NCBI GenBank assembly: GCA_051530055.1
Contig: CM121341.1
Span: forward strand, 6,736,784 to 6,800,783
Length of the DNA: 64,000 nt
Origin: Neoechinorhynchus agilis
Taxonomy: Eukaryota > Animalia > Acanthocephala
Direction of reading: 5' to 3'
Shown: in pieces, positions 1-11,700 of the stretch
How positions within the stretch are numbered: the stretch's first letter is position 1
Layout: each line of letters begins with the position of its first letter
Position numbers and translations under genes: made by a program
The notes under the pieces: model-generated
Database searches by the model: none
What the model was told of the DNA's origin: nothing
The model's input: only the letters and a program-made list of their open reading frames with translations

Positions 1-452
1 ATTGTTTTGGTCAAGCAGACTTTAAACTTACAAGCAATTCTGAGGAATAAAAACTAAATTATTTTCTTTATTTCGCCTTGAAAAACAGAAAAAGGTAATG
101 ACGACCTTTTTTATAATTCAGGTCAGAAAGCGCTACAAAGAATGAACAAAGAAAAGTTTTTCATCTTTTTGACCGACAATTTTAGTAAGAACGGCAAACA
201 TTTTATATTTTTCTAACGTATGAGAACTCTATTTCTCGATGCTCCTTTCGCAGTGGACGCTTCGTTACCTTTCTGGAATTAGTCAAATAACCTTGATAAA
301 GGCATGCGATTGTGCTCAAAAAAACGGATTCAATAAATTACTTCAATTTTCCACACCATATAAAACCAAATGGTTAACTACAAGTCAAAAAAAGCATTTG
401 GTATGAAAAGTGATCGAGATGTAATTTCGAGTTTTAAGGATTTGATACCTAC

Positions 453-3400
453 CTCCATCTTATCAGCGTGCATTCTGTAGAGTTTTGCGATCTTTGTTCG
501 TTTCCTGGTTCTCACGTTATGTACGTATTGATTTTTGGTTAAAACACCTTGGTATATCCGAAGATAGGTCAATTGCCCGAATTTGCCAAGCTTCGTGGCA
601 AAAAAAAGAACTTGAACGCCATCAACTAATGTAGACTGGTTACCTCGAGTTTAAAGGCGAACGCCAATAACGGAGAGTCGGCCTCTCTGGAGGAATTGCA
701 ATTCACGTAAACCTTTTTATCATCACTACACAACCCCAAAGATAAGTCGTAATCGTCTTAACGATAAACTCACGTGCTTGCGTTATTATCGATAGCCTGA
801 TTGATTCGTTCGGAAGGATTAGGAAGAAAGTCGATAATCCCATTTAAGACGCATTGAACTCCTTTGTTCTTCAGCGCAGATCCAACGAATACTGGTACGA
901 ACTGTTGAGCAATGACGCTACGCCTGATGCTAGTTTTTAACCGATCCGTTTCCGGTCTGGTGTCATTTAATACCATTTCTCCGATTTCTTCGTCCGTCTC
1001 AGCGACGTGACCTACACTCGTTCAAATGGTTCATTGTTTTTAAGGAAATATACCTATCAGGTCATCTAACATATCACTCGCCTTCTCCCGGTATTCCAAT
1101 GGAATATCGTCCTCGACAATCTCTTCCCTTTCAAAAAACAAATCGTCCGAATATACATTAGAACTAGACTTTAGTACCCATATTGCCCTTTGAAATACAT
1201 CGCGCACTGCCTGATGAGATCAATAATCCCTGTTATCTCGCCCTCTTTTCCCATCAAAATGTTCATAAGCGCTACGTTTTTGTTCAAACGTCCCCTATAA
1301 AAATAGACATGTATTAATTAATCGATTGCGTATTTGACGGACTAAAGCCGCAAATTGAAGCAATTATTCTTAGTGAAATTGTGAAGAGTTGCAAAAAGGC
1401 GAAAAACGGCTATTTTAGACTCGAAAAATTGATCCGACATTTTTATAGCACTCTAGGGATTTTCAAGAATAAATTCTTTCAATTTTTCGAGCATAAAAAC
1501 ATGAACAATTACATCTTCAAACAATTTTAAAAATCGTGCGAACCTTATATCTCTCATCGTCCTGTTTACACTCGCATTTGGCCTGTCTAACTTATTGATG
1601 AAAATAAGGTGCGGAATAGAATATCGTTGGATTTGTCGGTGCACCGTCAATGTCTGACATTGAACTCCACTCGTTCCACAGACCACAAGAACGGCACCAT
1701 CCAGTACCCGCAAAGCCCGTTCGACTTCCACAGTGAAGTCCACGTGTCCAGGAGTGTCGATCAAATTAATGTTATGTTTCATCCATTCCACTGAAGTGGC
1801 TGCTGATTGAATGGTTATGCCACGTTGCCTCTCAAGTTCCATCGAGTCCATGGTGGCACCGACGCCATCCCGCCCTTTTACCTTCATGAACGAACAATTA
1901 AAATTTTGTTATTTTTTTGCTCTTCAACATAATTTCGAGGAAATACAAGGAGGTACAAAGGAGGGATGTAGTCTACGATGTTTCTTGTACCAAAAATGCA
2001 ACAGCAATTACATTGGACAAATAGGTCAGAATCTGAAGACGAGATTGGCGAAACATGAACGGTGGTTCATGACGACGAGGCTGGTACAAACTTTCCCTCA
2101 ATATCTAACGCAAATCTAAAACATGGTCGACCATGCGCTCTTGTGAGCGTAATGATCGGTTTATCCGCTAAAACTGATCACTAACCCGACGAAATTCGAA
2201 ACGTCTTCAACCTTCTCCACAAGACGAATACTAAAAAATATAAGTCAATTTTTTAACACTAAAAACAAATCGATCACGAACGAGACGAGGTTTGAAAAAT
2301 TCCTTTTTTACAAGATTTTCTCCACAGGACGAAGACGAAAAACTTTAACCAGCTTTTTAACACTAAAAACAAATCGATCGCGAATGAGGCGAGGTTCGAA
2401 GCGTCTTTTTTACAAGACGTTCTCCACAGGACGAAGACCAAAAAATATAAGTCAATTTTTTAACACTAAAAACAAATCGATCACGAACGAGGCGAGGTTC
2501 GAAAAATTCCTTTTTTACAAGACGTTCTCCACAGGACGAAAAACTTTAACCAGCTTTTTAACACTAAAAACAAATCGATCGCGAATGAGGCGAGGTTCGA
2601 AGCGTCTTTTTTACAAGACGTTCTCCACAGGACGAAGATCAAAAAATATAAGTCAATTTTTTAACACTAAAAACAAATCGATCACGAACGAGGCGAGGTT
2701 CGAAAAATTCCTTTTTTACAAGACTTTCTCCACAGGACGAAAAACTTTAACCAGCTTTTTAACACTAAAAACAAATCGATCGCGAATGAGGCGAGGTTCG
2801 AAGCGTCTTTTTTACAAGACGTTCTCCACAGGACGAAGACCAAAAACTTTAACCAACTTTTAAACACTAAAAACAAATTGATCACGAACGAGACGAGGTT
2901 CGAAAAATTCCTTTTTTACAAGATTTTCTCCACAGGACGAATACTAAAAAATATAAGTCAATTTTTAACACTAAAAAAACCGATCACGAACGAGGCGAGG
3001 TTCGAAAAATTCTTTTTTTACAAGGCGTTCTCCACAGGACGAAAAACTTTAACCAACTTTTAACACTAAAAAGAAATTGATCACGAACGAGGCGAGGTTC
3101 GAAAAATTCCTTTTTTACAAGACGTTCTCCACAGGACGAAAAACTTTAACCAGCTTTTTAACACTAAAAACAAACTGATCACGAACGAGACGAGGTTCGA
3201 AGTACCACTTACAAGACTTTCTCCACAAGACGAAGACCAAACCATCAAATTTTAGAGCTCTACTGACCTCGTGGATTTCAGCTATCCGACCGGCGTAAAA
3301 CAAGATCCGTTCGCTCAATGTAGTCTTTCCGGAGTCGATATGAGCACTCACTCCAACGTTGCGTATTAATTCAATAGGATATTGTTTCTGGAAGAGAAAT

Positions 3401-3501
3401 TAAATTTAAACAATCACTAATTAACTCACGTCTGAACGTATGTAAAAGTTCCTAACGAGCTTGAGCGTTCTTTTGAAATAGTTCACAAGCACAACATTCA
3501 T
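453..3501 (-). CDS. GFM1: Mitochondrial elongation factor G, 5' half (G domain and domain II); multi-exon, remainder not found in window
   Basis: Spliced translation: [19 protein letters not shown] (presequence-like), [63 protein letters not shown] introns located at 1129-1177, ~1012-1053 and 1295-1543, plus a ~1.4-kb repeat-filled intron. Confidence 0.93.
1960..2210 (+). mobile_element. Decayed Penelope-like element fragment (GIY-YIG endonuclease), antisense in the EF-G intron
   Basis: Frameshifted [11 protein letters not shown] / [22 protein letters not shown] matches the PLE GIY-YIG pattern; followed by CTGATCA...CGAAACGTC. Confidence 0.7.
2212..3240. repeat. Tandem satellite, ~100-bp monomers alternating as a ~201-bp dimer (~10 monomers)
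   Basis: ATGAGGCGAGGTTCGAAGCG recurs at ~2384, ~2585 and ~2786; ACACTAAAAACAAATCGATC recurs about every 100 bp. Confidence 0.95.
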
Positions 3502-3864
3502 CGATTCGACTTTTTGAAATTATATTAGAATCTTCTTTTTTTCGTCTGAGATGTATGAGTCTTTCTTATTTTTCCATTGATGTCATTAATGCCCGGTAGT
3601 TTAAAGGTCTGGGTCCCCATTCGGTTCTTTTGGTGATTTCGTGGTCCGTTCTTAAACTCTGCGACAAATTGGATCGTTCGAATGAACAAAGCGACCACCA
3701 CAGCAGAAGGACTTTCCTCAGAGTATAAACATGGAGGATATCTAGCGATCGACTGCGAGTTGAGTGTCGTGATTGATACTACGAATATAATTAAGTTATT
3801 ATTTTTAATAGAAAATCGTGGCAGAAGAGATTCATTTTAGCAGTTATTCAGATTAGCAGGTTGC

Positions 3865-4125
3865 TCAAAATACAGGGAGCTAATCCGAGACTACCATTTT
3901 GTCCCCTTCGGTGTGGAAACGCACCTTGGGAGGGTCGCCCGTGGCCCTCCCGAAGGACTTGGGGAAACGAATCAACGCGGCGACTGGAGAGCCAAGATCG
4001 ACTTCGTTCTTGGCGCAAAAAATAAGCATTGCGGTGCAGCGGGGCGATGCGGCTAGCATTTTCGCCAGCGCCGATGAATGGGAGCGTTGAAGAAACTATA
4101 AATTATGTATGCTTGCTTAAAAAAA
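3865..4125 (+). mobile_element. 3' fragment of a CRE-type (restriction-like endonuclease) non-LTR retrotransposon with an A-rich tail
   Basis: KYRELIRDYHFVPFGVET, frameshift, then KDLGKRINAATGEPRSTSFLAQKISIAVQRGDAASI; A-run at ~4118. Confidence 0.8.
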
Positions 4126-4459
4126 ATTAAGTTATTTGTGTTTTGGTTTTTTATGAAAATTGAGACTTATTAATTCCCAATATTTCGTCGGACTTCAGGT
4201 TGCTTGTAAGTTTTTAAATATGTGAGTTCGTGACTAAAACAGTATTTTTATAGTCACCAAAGAACAAATAAACAACTTCTTTATGAAGCAAGCCGCAAAG
4301 TAGTTAAATCTTTTCTTGGCAAGAATTACACTTTGGATGAAGATTTCGTTCAAGCGTTTATTCTTTAGTGTAAAGATTGGTTGCAAACAACCCTTTTGGG
4401 ACTCACTTCTGGTAGCGAGAATTCAGAGCTCTTTAATTTCAGATTCTCGTAACCTGGCC

Positions 4460-5115
4460 AACTGAACTCGATTGGCGGCAGTCTATACAAGAGAATCTAA
4501 TGCTTGGCTCAACGCTATCCCGAGCGCTTCTATGGGTACCCTCCGACGAGATAGTAAGGATTACAGTGTCCCTGAGACTCGGGGTACCAACATCCAATCG
4601 CTGCTGTTACGGAGCGATCGTGGAACCGTCGGGACGTCATGGTCTCGTCGGTCGGCAATAAGGCGGAAGGTACTGACGATACGCCGAAGTGAACGAAATT
4701 CTTAGCCGTGCCCTGAATACTGTGAATGCGCCCAACATCCCATAACCGAACAATCTTTGCCGACTCGATGGCCGTCGACCGGAAGGTGTCACAGAATTCC
4801 CGTGGCGAGGGTGGAAAAGTCCTTCTCTCGGACGCCATTCGCAGCCATCAACATAAAATTCGCCACTATTCAACCAGGGGAAGCACCAACAGCCGCGGAA
4901 CTTGATTTGAAATCATTATTTTGTTCCTTTTGGCATCGAGACACTCGAGTTGTTTGATAGCGCGGCTTAAGAACTGGTCAATCAATTGCCCAGGAGATTG
5001 AGACGAACCACTGGCGATTAGAGGACAGGAGCACTCCTACTAAAAATAAGCCTGGCTCTGAAAACGAGAGGGAAGACTGCATCCGTCCTTTCGACCGTTA
5101 CAACAGTACGGCAGC
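4460..5115 (+). mobile_element. Second, divergent CRE-type non-LTR fragment (zinc knuckle plus RLE), with stops and frameshifts
   Basis: ESNAWLNAIPSASMGTL; GRHGLV..RYAEVNEILSRALNTV..LCRLDGRRPEGVTEFPW; FVPFGIETL; KISLAL..RGKTASVLST. Confidence 0.8.
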
Positions 5116-6066
5116 TGAGTGATATGTTTGTAATTATTTTTTTGATTATTGTAGAAATTTGTTCAAAAAATTCGAAAAAAACAGTTAATGGATGGAGATA
5201 TAAAAATGATAAAGACGGTTTTACCAATTCTCGTCCAATTTTTTTATATTAATTAACATTTTTTCCTCTGTTTTTTTGTGATAAGAAGAATAAAGATTGA
5301 TTTATTAATTTCCAATATTTCGTCCGTCCCGACGAGAAGGACGAAATATTGGGAATTAATAAATCAATTTCTCCAATCTCTATTCTTTTCATTACCAAAA
5401 ATACATATATATGAACAACTTCTTTACAATTCGGCATAGACTTCGGGGATTAGTTGGCGAACTAGAGCTAATTGTCGTTTGTTCGTAACTTATTTTACGC
5501 GCATTTCTAAAATTATTTATCAATCGAGATCTTTGACTACCATTTTTAGTCAAAAGTTGAAGGATCTCGACTAACAAGACATTTTAGCCTCGACGATATA
5601 TCACTATCAAACATCTCTTCTCTCTTGTTCACATAAATTTTCAATTTATATTCAAGTTTAAGGACTCTAAAATTCCGAATTTCGTAATCATTCATGTTGA
5701 ATACTCTAATGACCTACAAAATTACTGAGACATTATTTGATAGAGTTGAAAGGATGCGATGATCATAATTCTCGTGTCCGGATAAAACGCATATTTTATT
5801 GAGATATTGTTTTTGCCTCGCGAAATACCCGGACACCGGATCAACTCTATCATCCCGAAGGATATTTTCTCCTCGTGATTATATGATACATCTTCTTATC
5901 TTGCTTTGACAAAAATAGCGATCTGAAATGCTAAATATTTTCGAATTATACACCACTGCCGCTGATCCGAAATGATCGAATGTCTTAATTCAAACCTTTC
6001 CCACTTATGCGTCTCGTGATTTATTCCAGACAACACTATTTTCTTGTATAATAGTTTGTTGCAATA

Positions 6067-6518
6067 TCAGTAACGGGGCCGGGGCTTGTGATAACCATCC
6101 GAATCACTATCACTTTCTGGGTCGCATCTTATTACTTTTTGAACATACTCTTCAACATGTAAAGCCTCGAGAACAGATCGGCCTTCTTTATATTGCTGAT
6201 CGATCTGCTCAGCGTATTCATACTTCCAACCAACTTTCTCTTTACAAATCGTGCAATAAACTGCTCTAATCAGAAACGCGCCTGTCATCATTACCTGAGA
6301 AAATTAATATTATTTCGATAAGAAAACACAAAAAAGTGTACCATTTTCTCCATTGACCCTGTTACTGAGTTATAAATTCTCTTTATAAAATAAGCCTCAC
6401 CAGTTTCTCCTCTAAAGTCATGACATATCACATCTCGATGTTTGGCCAACGGTGTTGAGCAAGTACTGCACAAATAGATTTTTGCGGTACTTAACTGCCT
6501 AATATATCTTCTACCCAT
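6067..6518 (-). CDS. YPEL: Yippee-like zinc-binding protein (2 exons; 47-nt intron 6295-6341)
   Basis: MGRRY..IYLCSTC..FRGETGEAY..|VMMTG..VYCTICKEKVGWKYEYAEQIDQQYKEG; two CxxC pairs. Confidence 0.93.
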
Positions 6519-7393
6519 TTTGTGCTACAAGAATTCGAAACCAAAAACGTAAAATGGTTCAAAACATATTTAGCTAAACGACACCAGAGGTGTATAAAAT
6601 TAAACATTTTAGTCGTCATGTGACAAAATCGATTGAAATCCAGCGAATTTTTGTGTATTTTATTCCTTTTTTTTATTAATTACAATAATCAATATCTCGA
6701 TTTTATTATCGATACATTTCTTTAAACATACCCTCCCCTGCAATAGATGATAGAAATAGTTTGTGACCGGACCAAACTTTGTACCGCCGCAAAAAAAAGT
6801 CGATCAAATGAGAGTAAACAAAATTAGGGTCCTCGCACGTCCCGTAGAAAAGGGTTTATTACGGACGTTTCGACCCTCGTGGTGTTCATCACCAGTTTGT
6901 TAACTCGTCTTTTAATAACTATTAAGCTGATGGTGAGTCCGACGAGGTTCAGACATTTTGAAAGTCACGGAGTCCGTCATGAGCGTTACTGTCCTTGCTG
7001 TTATGTTGATCAAGGAATCCAGTGAAAATAGCTTTCGTAGTGGGTCAAATCCGCTCATTTATTTAATAGCACAGTCCCATCGCATGTAGTTGATCGAACT
7101 TTTTTTTCAGTTTCCGGTATCGAATTAAGTCGACGTTCCATGTAAAATTTATGCCGTTTTTTCTGCTGCATAATATTATTGCAATTGCAAACCAAGTGAG
7201 TGCAACGCTACGAAGACTAATTACTTGTGAGCAGGATAGAAAGTTGAAAAACAGGAATCTTAACTTTCTTTTAAATATAAACTGTTTATTTTTAAGTGTG
7301 GCCTTTTTCACGGCTGATAATTTTTCCTTGGGCACACAACTCATCGATCAGGGTCCGGGAAGTGCACGAAATCACACTTAATATTCTGATTTG

Positions 7394-7685
7394 TACGGTT
7401 GCGAGTTTATACATCTCTCCGGATCATCAGATATATCCCGAGGAGACCCCTTCATCGGTACTCCCAACCTCCATGTACCTACGCTTGTATGTGGGTTAAA
7501 AATTAATTGTTGTTCTCTCATGTATTCTAGCAAGCCGGTTATATAAATTAAACGGTTTTTGTAGAACATCCTTTACTCGGATTTTTCCTTTAGGCGCTCA
7601 TGCAATCGATATTTTGGATCAGGAAAGTGATTGAATCATTACGATTGCGAGCTTGTACCCTTCTCCGGATCCTCAGATACATCCC
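7394..7685. repeat. Dispersed repeat family (copies at 7394-7440, 7562-7685 and 35376-35460)
   Basis: Shared TACG(G/A)TTGCGAG...CTCCGGATC(C/A)TCAGATA, and TAGAACATC.TTTACTCG...TTTTCCTTT shared between the 7.56 kb and 35.38 kb copies. Confidence 0.75.
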
Positions 7686-7746
7686 AAAGAGGCTGAACTC
7701 ATCAGTGAGTTTTCTCCCAACTTCAACGAGGTATTTCCGTAGTTGT

Positions 7747-7802
7747 GCCGAGGTGGTCAAGTGGACTAAAGCTTTGAGTCAAAAGGTTCGAAACCGTTAC
7801 CA
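7747..7802 (+). pseudogene. tRNA-derived Pol III head (A and B boxes); not an intact tRNA
   Basis: TGGTCAAGTGG (7754-7764) and GGTTCGAAACC (7785-7795) lie only 20 nt apart; no acceptor stem found. Confidence 0.4.
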
Positions 7803-8304
7803 CTGATTGAACAACTTCTTTACAACATTATCTTATTGTTTCTATAATCAAAAACGCTTATTATCATAACCACGATTGCTGTTTTTTCAAAAAAACCATT
7901 CCGATTGTCTACAATGGAGTGCAGATTTACACTTGTATTGAGTTTAAAGAACGTCGGGGTCACTTGAACTTACTTTTTTATTTGAAATAATAACAATTTA
8001 TTTTTGCCTGCTGCGCGCTCGCTGAGCAAAAGGAGTAGTAGACGCCTCCTAGTGTATAACGTGGGAATCAATACCCTTCCGATAATAGAGATTTGAATGC
8101 GTCACAGTAAAATACTCACAAAAAAGAGATGCCTACTTATCTATAACAGTGATTTAAAATCCTTTATATAAAAGTCGTTTTCTGGTGTCATGCGAGCAGA
8201 GCAACAACGAAGTAAAAATGCAATAAAAAGAAGTTTGTTTGCGTTACACTTACATACCGACAAGAAGGTGAATATGTCCTTAATGTATCCGCCCAATTAA
8301 AAAC

Positions 8305-8703
8305 CCTTAATATAAAAGAGATTTGCTTACGTCAGACATAAAAATTAATCAAGACAATCGCATATGTGAAAGTGGGGAAAAATATGTATCCAAGAATCAC
8401 GACGTTTCACAATCAGGCAAATCACTATGAGGATATACCGTATCGTTTTTGCCGAACATGTAAAACTGCACAATATCGGCCAAACCAGCAGGTTTAGAAG
8501 CCTAATCACGTAAAACTGGGACTTAGTCTTCAAATAAAAGAGATTTACTGACGTCACATTCACAGATTATCATTAATGGGAAGATGCACAGTTCCGTCAT
8601 TTGAAGCCCTTAATATAAAAGAGATTTGCTTACGTCAAACTCAAAAACAAAATAGGAGGATTAGGTACCTAGTCTTCAAAATAAAAGAGGTTTGCTGACG
8701 TCT
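8305..8703. repeat. Four copies of a ~24-nt motif ATAAAAGAG(A/G)TTT(G/A)CT(T/G)ACGTC, arranged as a duplicated pair
   Basis: Copies at 8311, 8533, 8614 and 8680. Copies 1 and 3 are preceded by CCCTTAA; copies 2 and 4 by AGTCTTCAAA. Confidence 0.7.
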
Positions 8704-8749
8704 CATTCGCAGACCAAGAAATTTTAATTAACAACAAATATTAATCGTT

Positions 8750-11700
8750 TCAACAACCGTCGAAGCAATTTTGTTGCCTACATCTACTTCTAATAAGTTC
8801 TTTATAGTTATCTTCAGGGCAACACTGTCTTGGAAGGTCTTCATAGCATCCATCATAGTCACAAGCGTCAAAAAAATCATTGTCCAAATCGAAGTGTGTA
8901 TAATAGCTATCATGGACATGTTCAAAATCGTAGGTCACCCTTCTGACAACTTCGAGCTCAGCCATGCCTACTTCAAAATCAAGTGTATCAGACATGTCAG
9001 ACTTATCAACCAGCTTTTGAGATTTCTCAGTCATTAGCTGTCCATCGTTACCTATAGTAGGTTCCAAGTGCTCCGTTTCAAAGTGAAGCGAAGTGTCATT
9101 AGAAAACATATCCTCTTTAGAATTAATTAGAGGAGCTCTTGTGGTTACAGTAGAAGAAATATTGCATAATTCAAACCTCGAATGTGGTTCGGTATTAAAC
9201 GATTTAATATAATCTGTGAACAGAGGTGCCGGAAACTCCGTGGATGTTATTTTTCCATCTACAGTTTCGTCTAAGATTTTATGTGAATCCTCTGTAACCA
9301 CAGACAATATAGGCTCACTGACTGCGTCAGAATCCATCTTAACTTCCGACACTGCCTCTTGGGCGGGAATCCCGGATACAAAGGAGTTATTTATGTTTAA
9401 ATTGGATTCCGACGTCTCCTTCGTGTATTTTTCTGCTGCAACCGTGGTGGTATCGTCAAGAACTTCAGGGGACGGAATATTGTCAAATCCAGTTTTTAAC
9501 CTTGATCTTAACCCCAGTGGTTTCTGCAATCTACCGCACACCTCTAAACAATATTTTACGCAATTCAACCAATGCTCCATAACCATGTCGTGAACTTGAA
9601 GTTCTTGAAATTCCCGATTGCACTTAGCCTGGCAATAATACCGACAGTAACGACGCTTTTTCTTAATATAGAGCTGCATTTTATCAGTCGTTTTTGCTGG
9701 ATGCTCAACAGAATGATTGAACGTTGGAGTAGAAACATTATTATAAACGGACTTCATTCCATCCTCAACAGGCGCAGGGTACAATGAAGCATTTTCCATA
9801 TTTTCAACCTGCGACCTATTTTTTTTATTAAATACGATAGAGATGTTTTCAATTTCAGGAGATGCGGTTGTTTCGGAAGTTTCCGATTTCGAGGATGTCT
9901 TATAAACCTCAACCGGAAGAGTGTTTTCACTACTAACTACTCCGTCACTAAGGGCGTTTTGAGTTATTGCATCAGCTGAACTTCCCGGATTTCCGATTGT
10001 TTCTGAAGTTGCAGAAGTCGACGATGTCTCAAAAACCTCAACCGGAAGGGTGTTCTCGCTGCTGAACATTTGGCCCATCACGGCTTCTTGCGTGAATAAA
10101 TCAGCTGAGCCTTCCAGATTTGAGGTTGTTTCTGAACTTACAGAATTCGAGGTTGTCTTAAGAACCTCAACCGGAACTGTCGTTTCACTGATGACCATTC
10201 CGTCACTCACGTTCGTTTGAGTAGATCCACCAGCTGAGCTTTCCGGAATTGCGGTTGTTTCTGAACTTACAGAAGTCGATGTTGTCTCATAAACCCCAGC
10301 CGGAAGGGTGTTTTCGTTGCTGAACATTCGGCCCATTACGGCTCTTTGCGTGAATAAATCAGCTGAGCTTTCCGGATTTTCCGTTGTTTCTGAACTTACA
10401 GAATTCGAGGTTGTCTTAAGAACCTCAACCGGAAATGTCGTTTCACTGTTGACCATTCCGTCACTCACGTTCGTTTGAGTGGATCCACCAGCTGAGCTTT
10501 CCGGATTTGCGGTTGTTTCTGAACTTACAGAATTCGAGGTTGTCTTAAGAACCTCAACCGGAACTGTCGTTTCACTCTTGAGCATTCCGTCACTTACGTT
10601 CGTTTGAGTAGATCCACCAGCTGAACTTTCCGGATTTGCGGTTGTTTCTGAACTTACCGAAGTCGATGTTGTCTTAAGAACCTCAAATGGAACAGTCTTT
10701 TCACTGTTGACCATTCCGTCACTAACGTTCGTTTGAGTAGATCCACCAGCTGAGCTTTCCGGATTTGCGGTTGTTTCTGAACTTACAGAATTCGAGGTTG
10801 TCTTAAGAACCTCAGCCGGAACTGTCGTTTCACTGTTGATCATTCCGTCACTTACGTTCGTTTGAGTAGATCCACCAGCTGAGCTTTCCGGATTTGCGGT
10901 TGTTTCTGAACTTACAGAGGTCGAGGTTGTCTTAAGAACCTCAACCGGAACTGTCGTTTCACTCTTGACCATTCCGTCACTCACGTTCGTTTGAGTGGAT
11001 AAACCAGCTGAGCTTTCCGGATTTGCGGTTGTTTCTGAACTTACAGAGGTCGAGGTTGTCTTAAGAACCTCAGCCGGAACTGTCGTTTCACTGTTGACCA
11101 TTCCGTCACTTACGTTCGTTTGAGTAGATCCACCAGCTGAGCTTTCCGGATTTGCGGTTGTTTCTGAACTTACAGAATTCGAGGTTGTCTTAAGAACCTC
11201 AACCGGAACTGTCGTTTCACTGTTGACCATTCCGTCACTTACGTTCGTTTGAGTAGATCCACCAGCTGAGCTTTCCGGATTTGCGGTTGTTTCTGAACTT
11301 ACAGAATTCGAGGTTGTCTTAAGAACCTCAACCGGAACTGTCGTTTCACTGTTGACCATTCCGTCACTCACGTTCGTTTGAGTAGATCCACCAGCTGAGC
11401 TTTCCGGATTTGCGGTTGTTTCTGAACTTACAGAGGTCGAGGTTGTCTTAAGAACCTCAACCGGAACTGTCGTTTCACTGTTGACCATTCCGTCACTCAC
11501 GTTCGTTTGAGTAGATCCACCAGCTGAGCTTTCCGGATTTGCGGTTGTTTCTGAACTTACAGAATTCGAGGTTGTCTTAAGAACCTCCACCGGAACTGTC
11601 GTTTCACCCTTGACCATTCGCACTCACAGAGGTCGAGGTTGTCTTAAGAACCTCAACCGGAACTGTCGTTTCACTGTTGACAATTCCGCCACTCACGTTC

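Noticed and set aside
2384-3063. ORFs (159, 67 and 61 aa) in the EF-G intron
   Set aside because: Translations of the ~100-bp satellite; no coding signal.
5775-5836. Short inverted repeat GTGTCCGG...CCGGACAC
   Set aside because: Only 8 bp and no TSD; too weak to call a MITE.
7747-7802. Intact tRNA gene
   Set aside because: A-B box spacing too short and no acceptor stem; kept only as a tRNA-derived remnant.
8009-8030. CTGCGCGCTCGCT resembles the start of the AAV ITR
   Set aside because: 13-nt match only; no ITR palindrome or rep/cap; consistent with chance.
8728-9787. Small antisense or alternate-frame ORFs over the giant gene (also over lamin, HAUS1-like, ASCC1 and LIG3)
   Set aside because: Shadow ORFs of real coding sequence.
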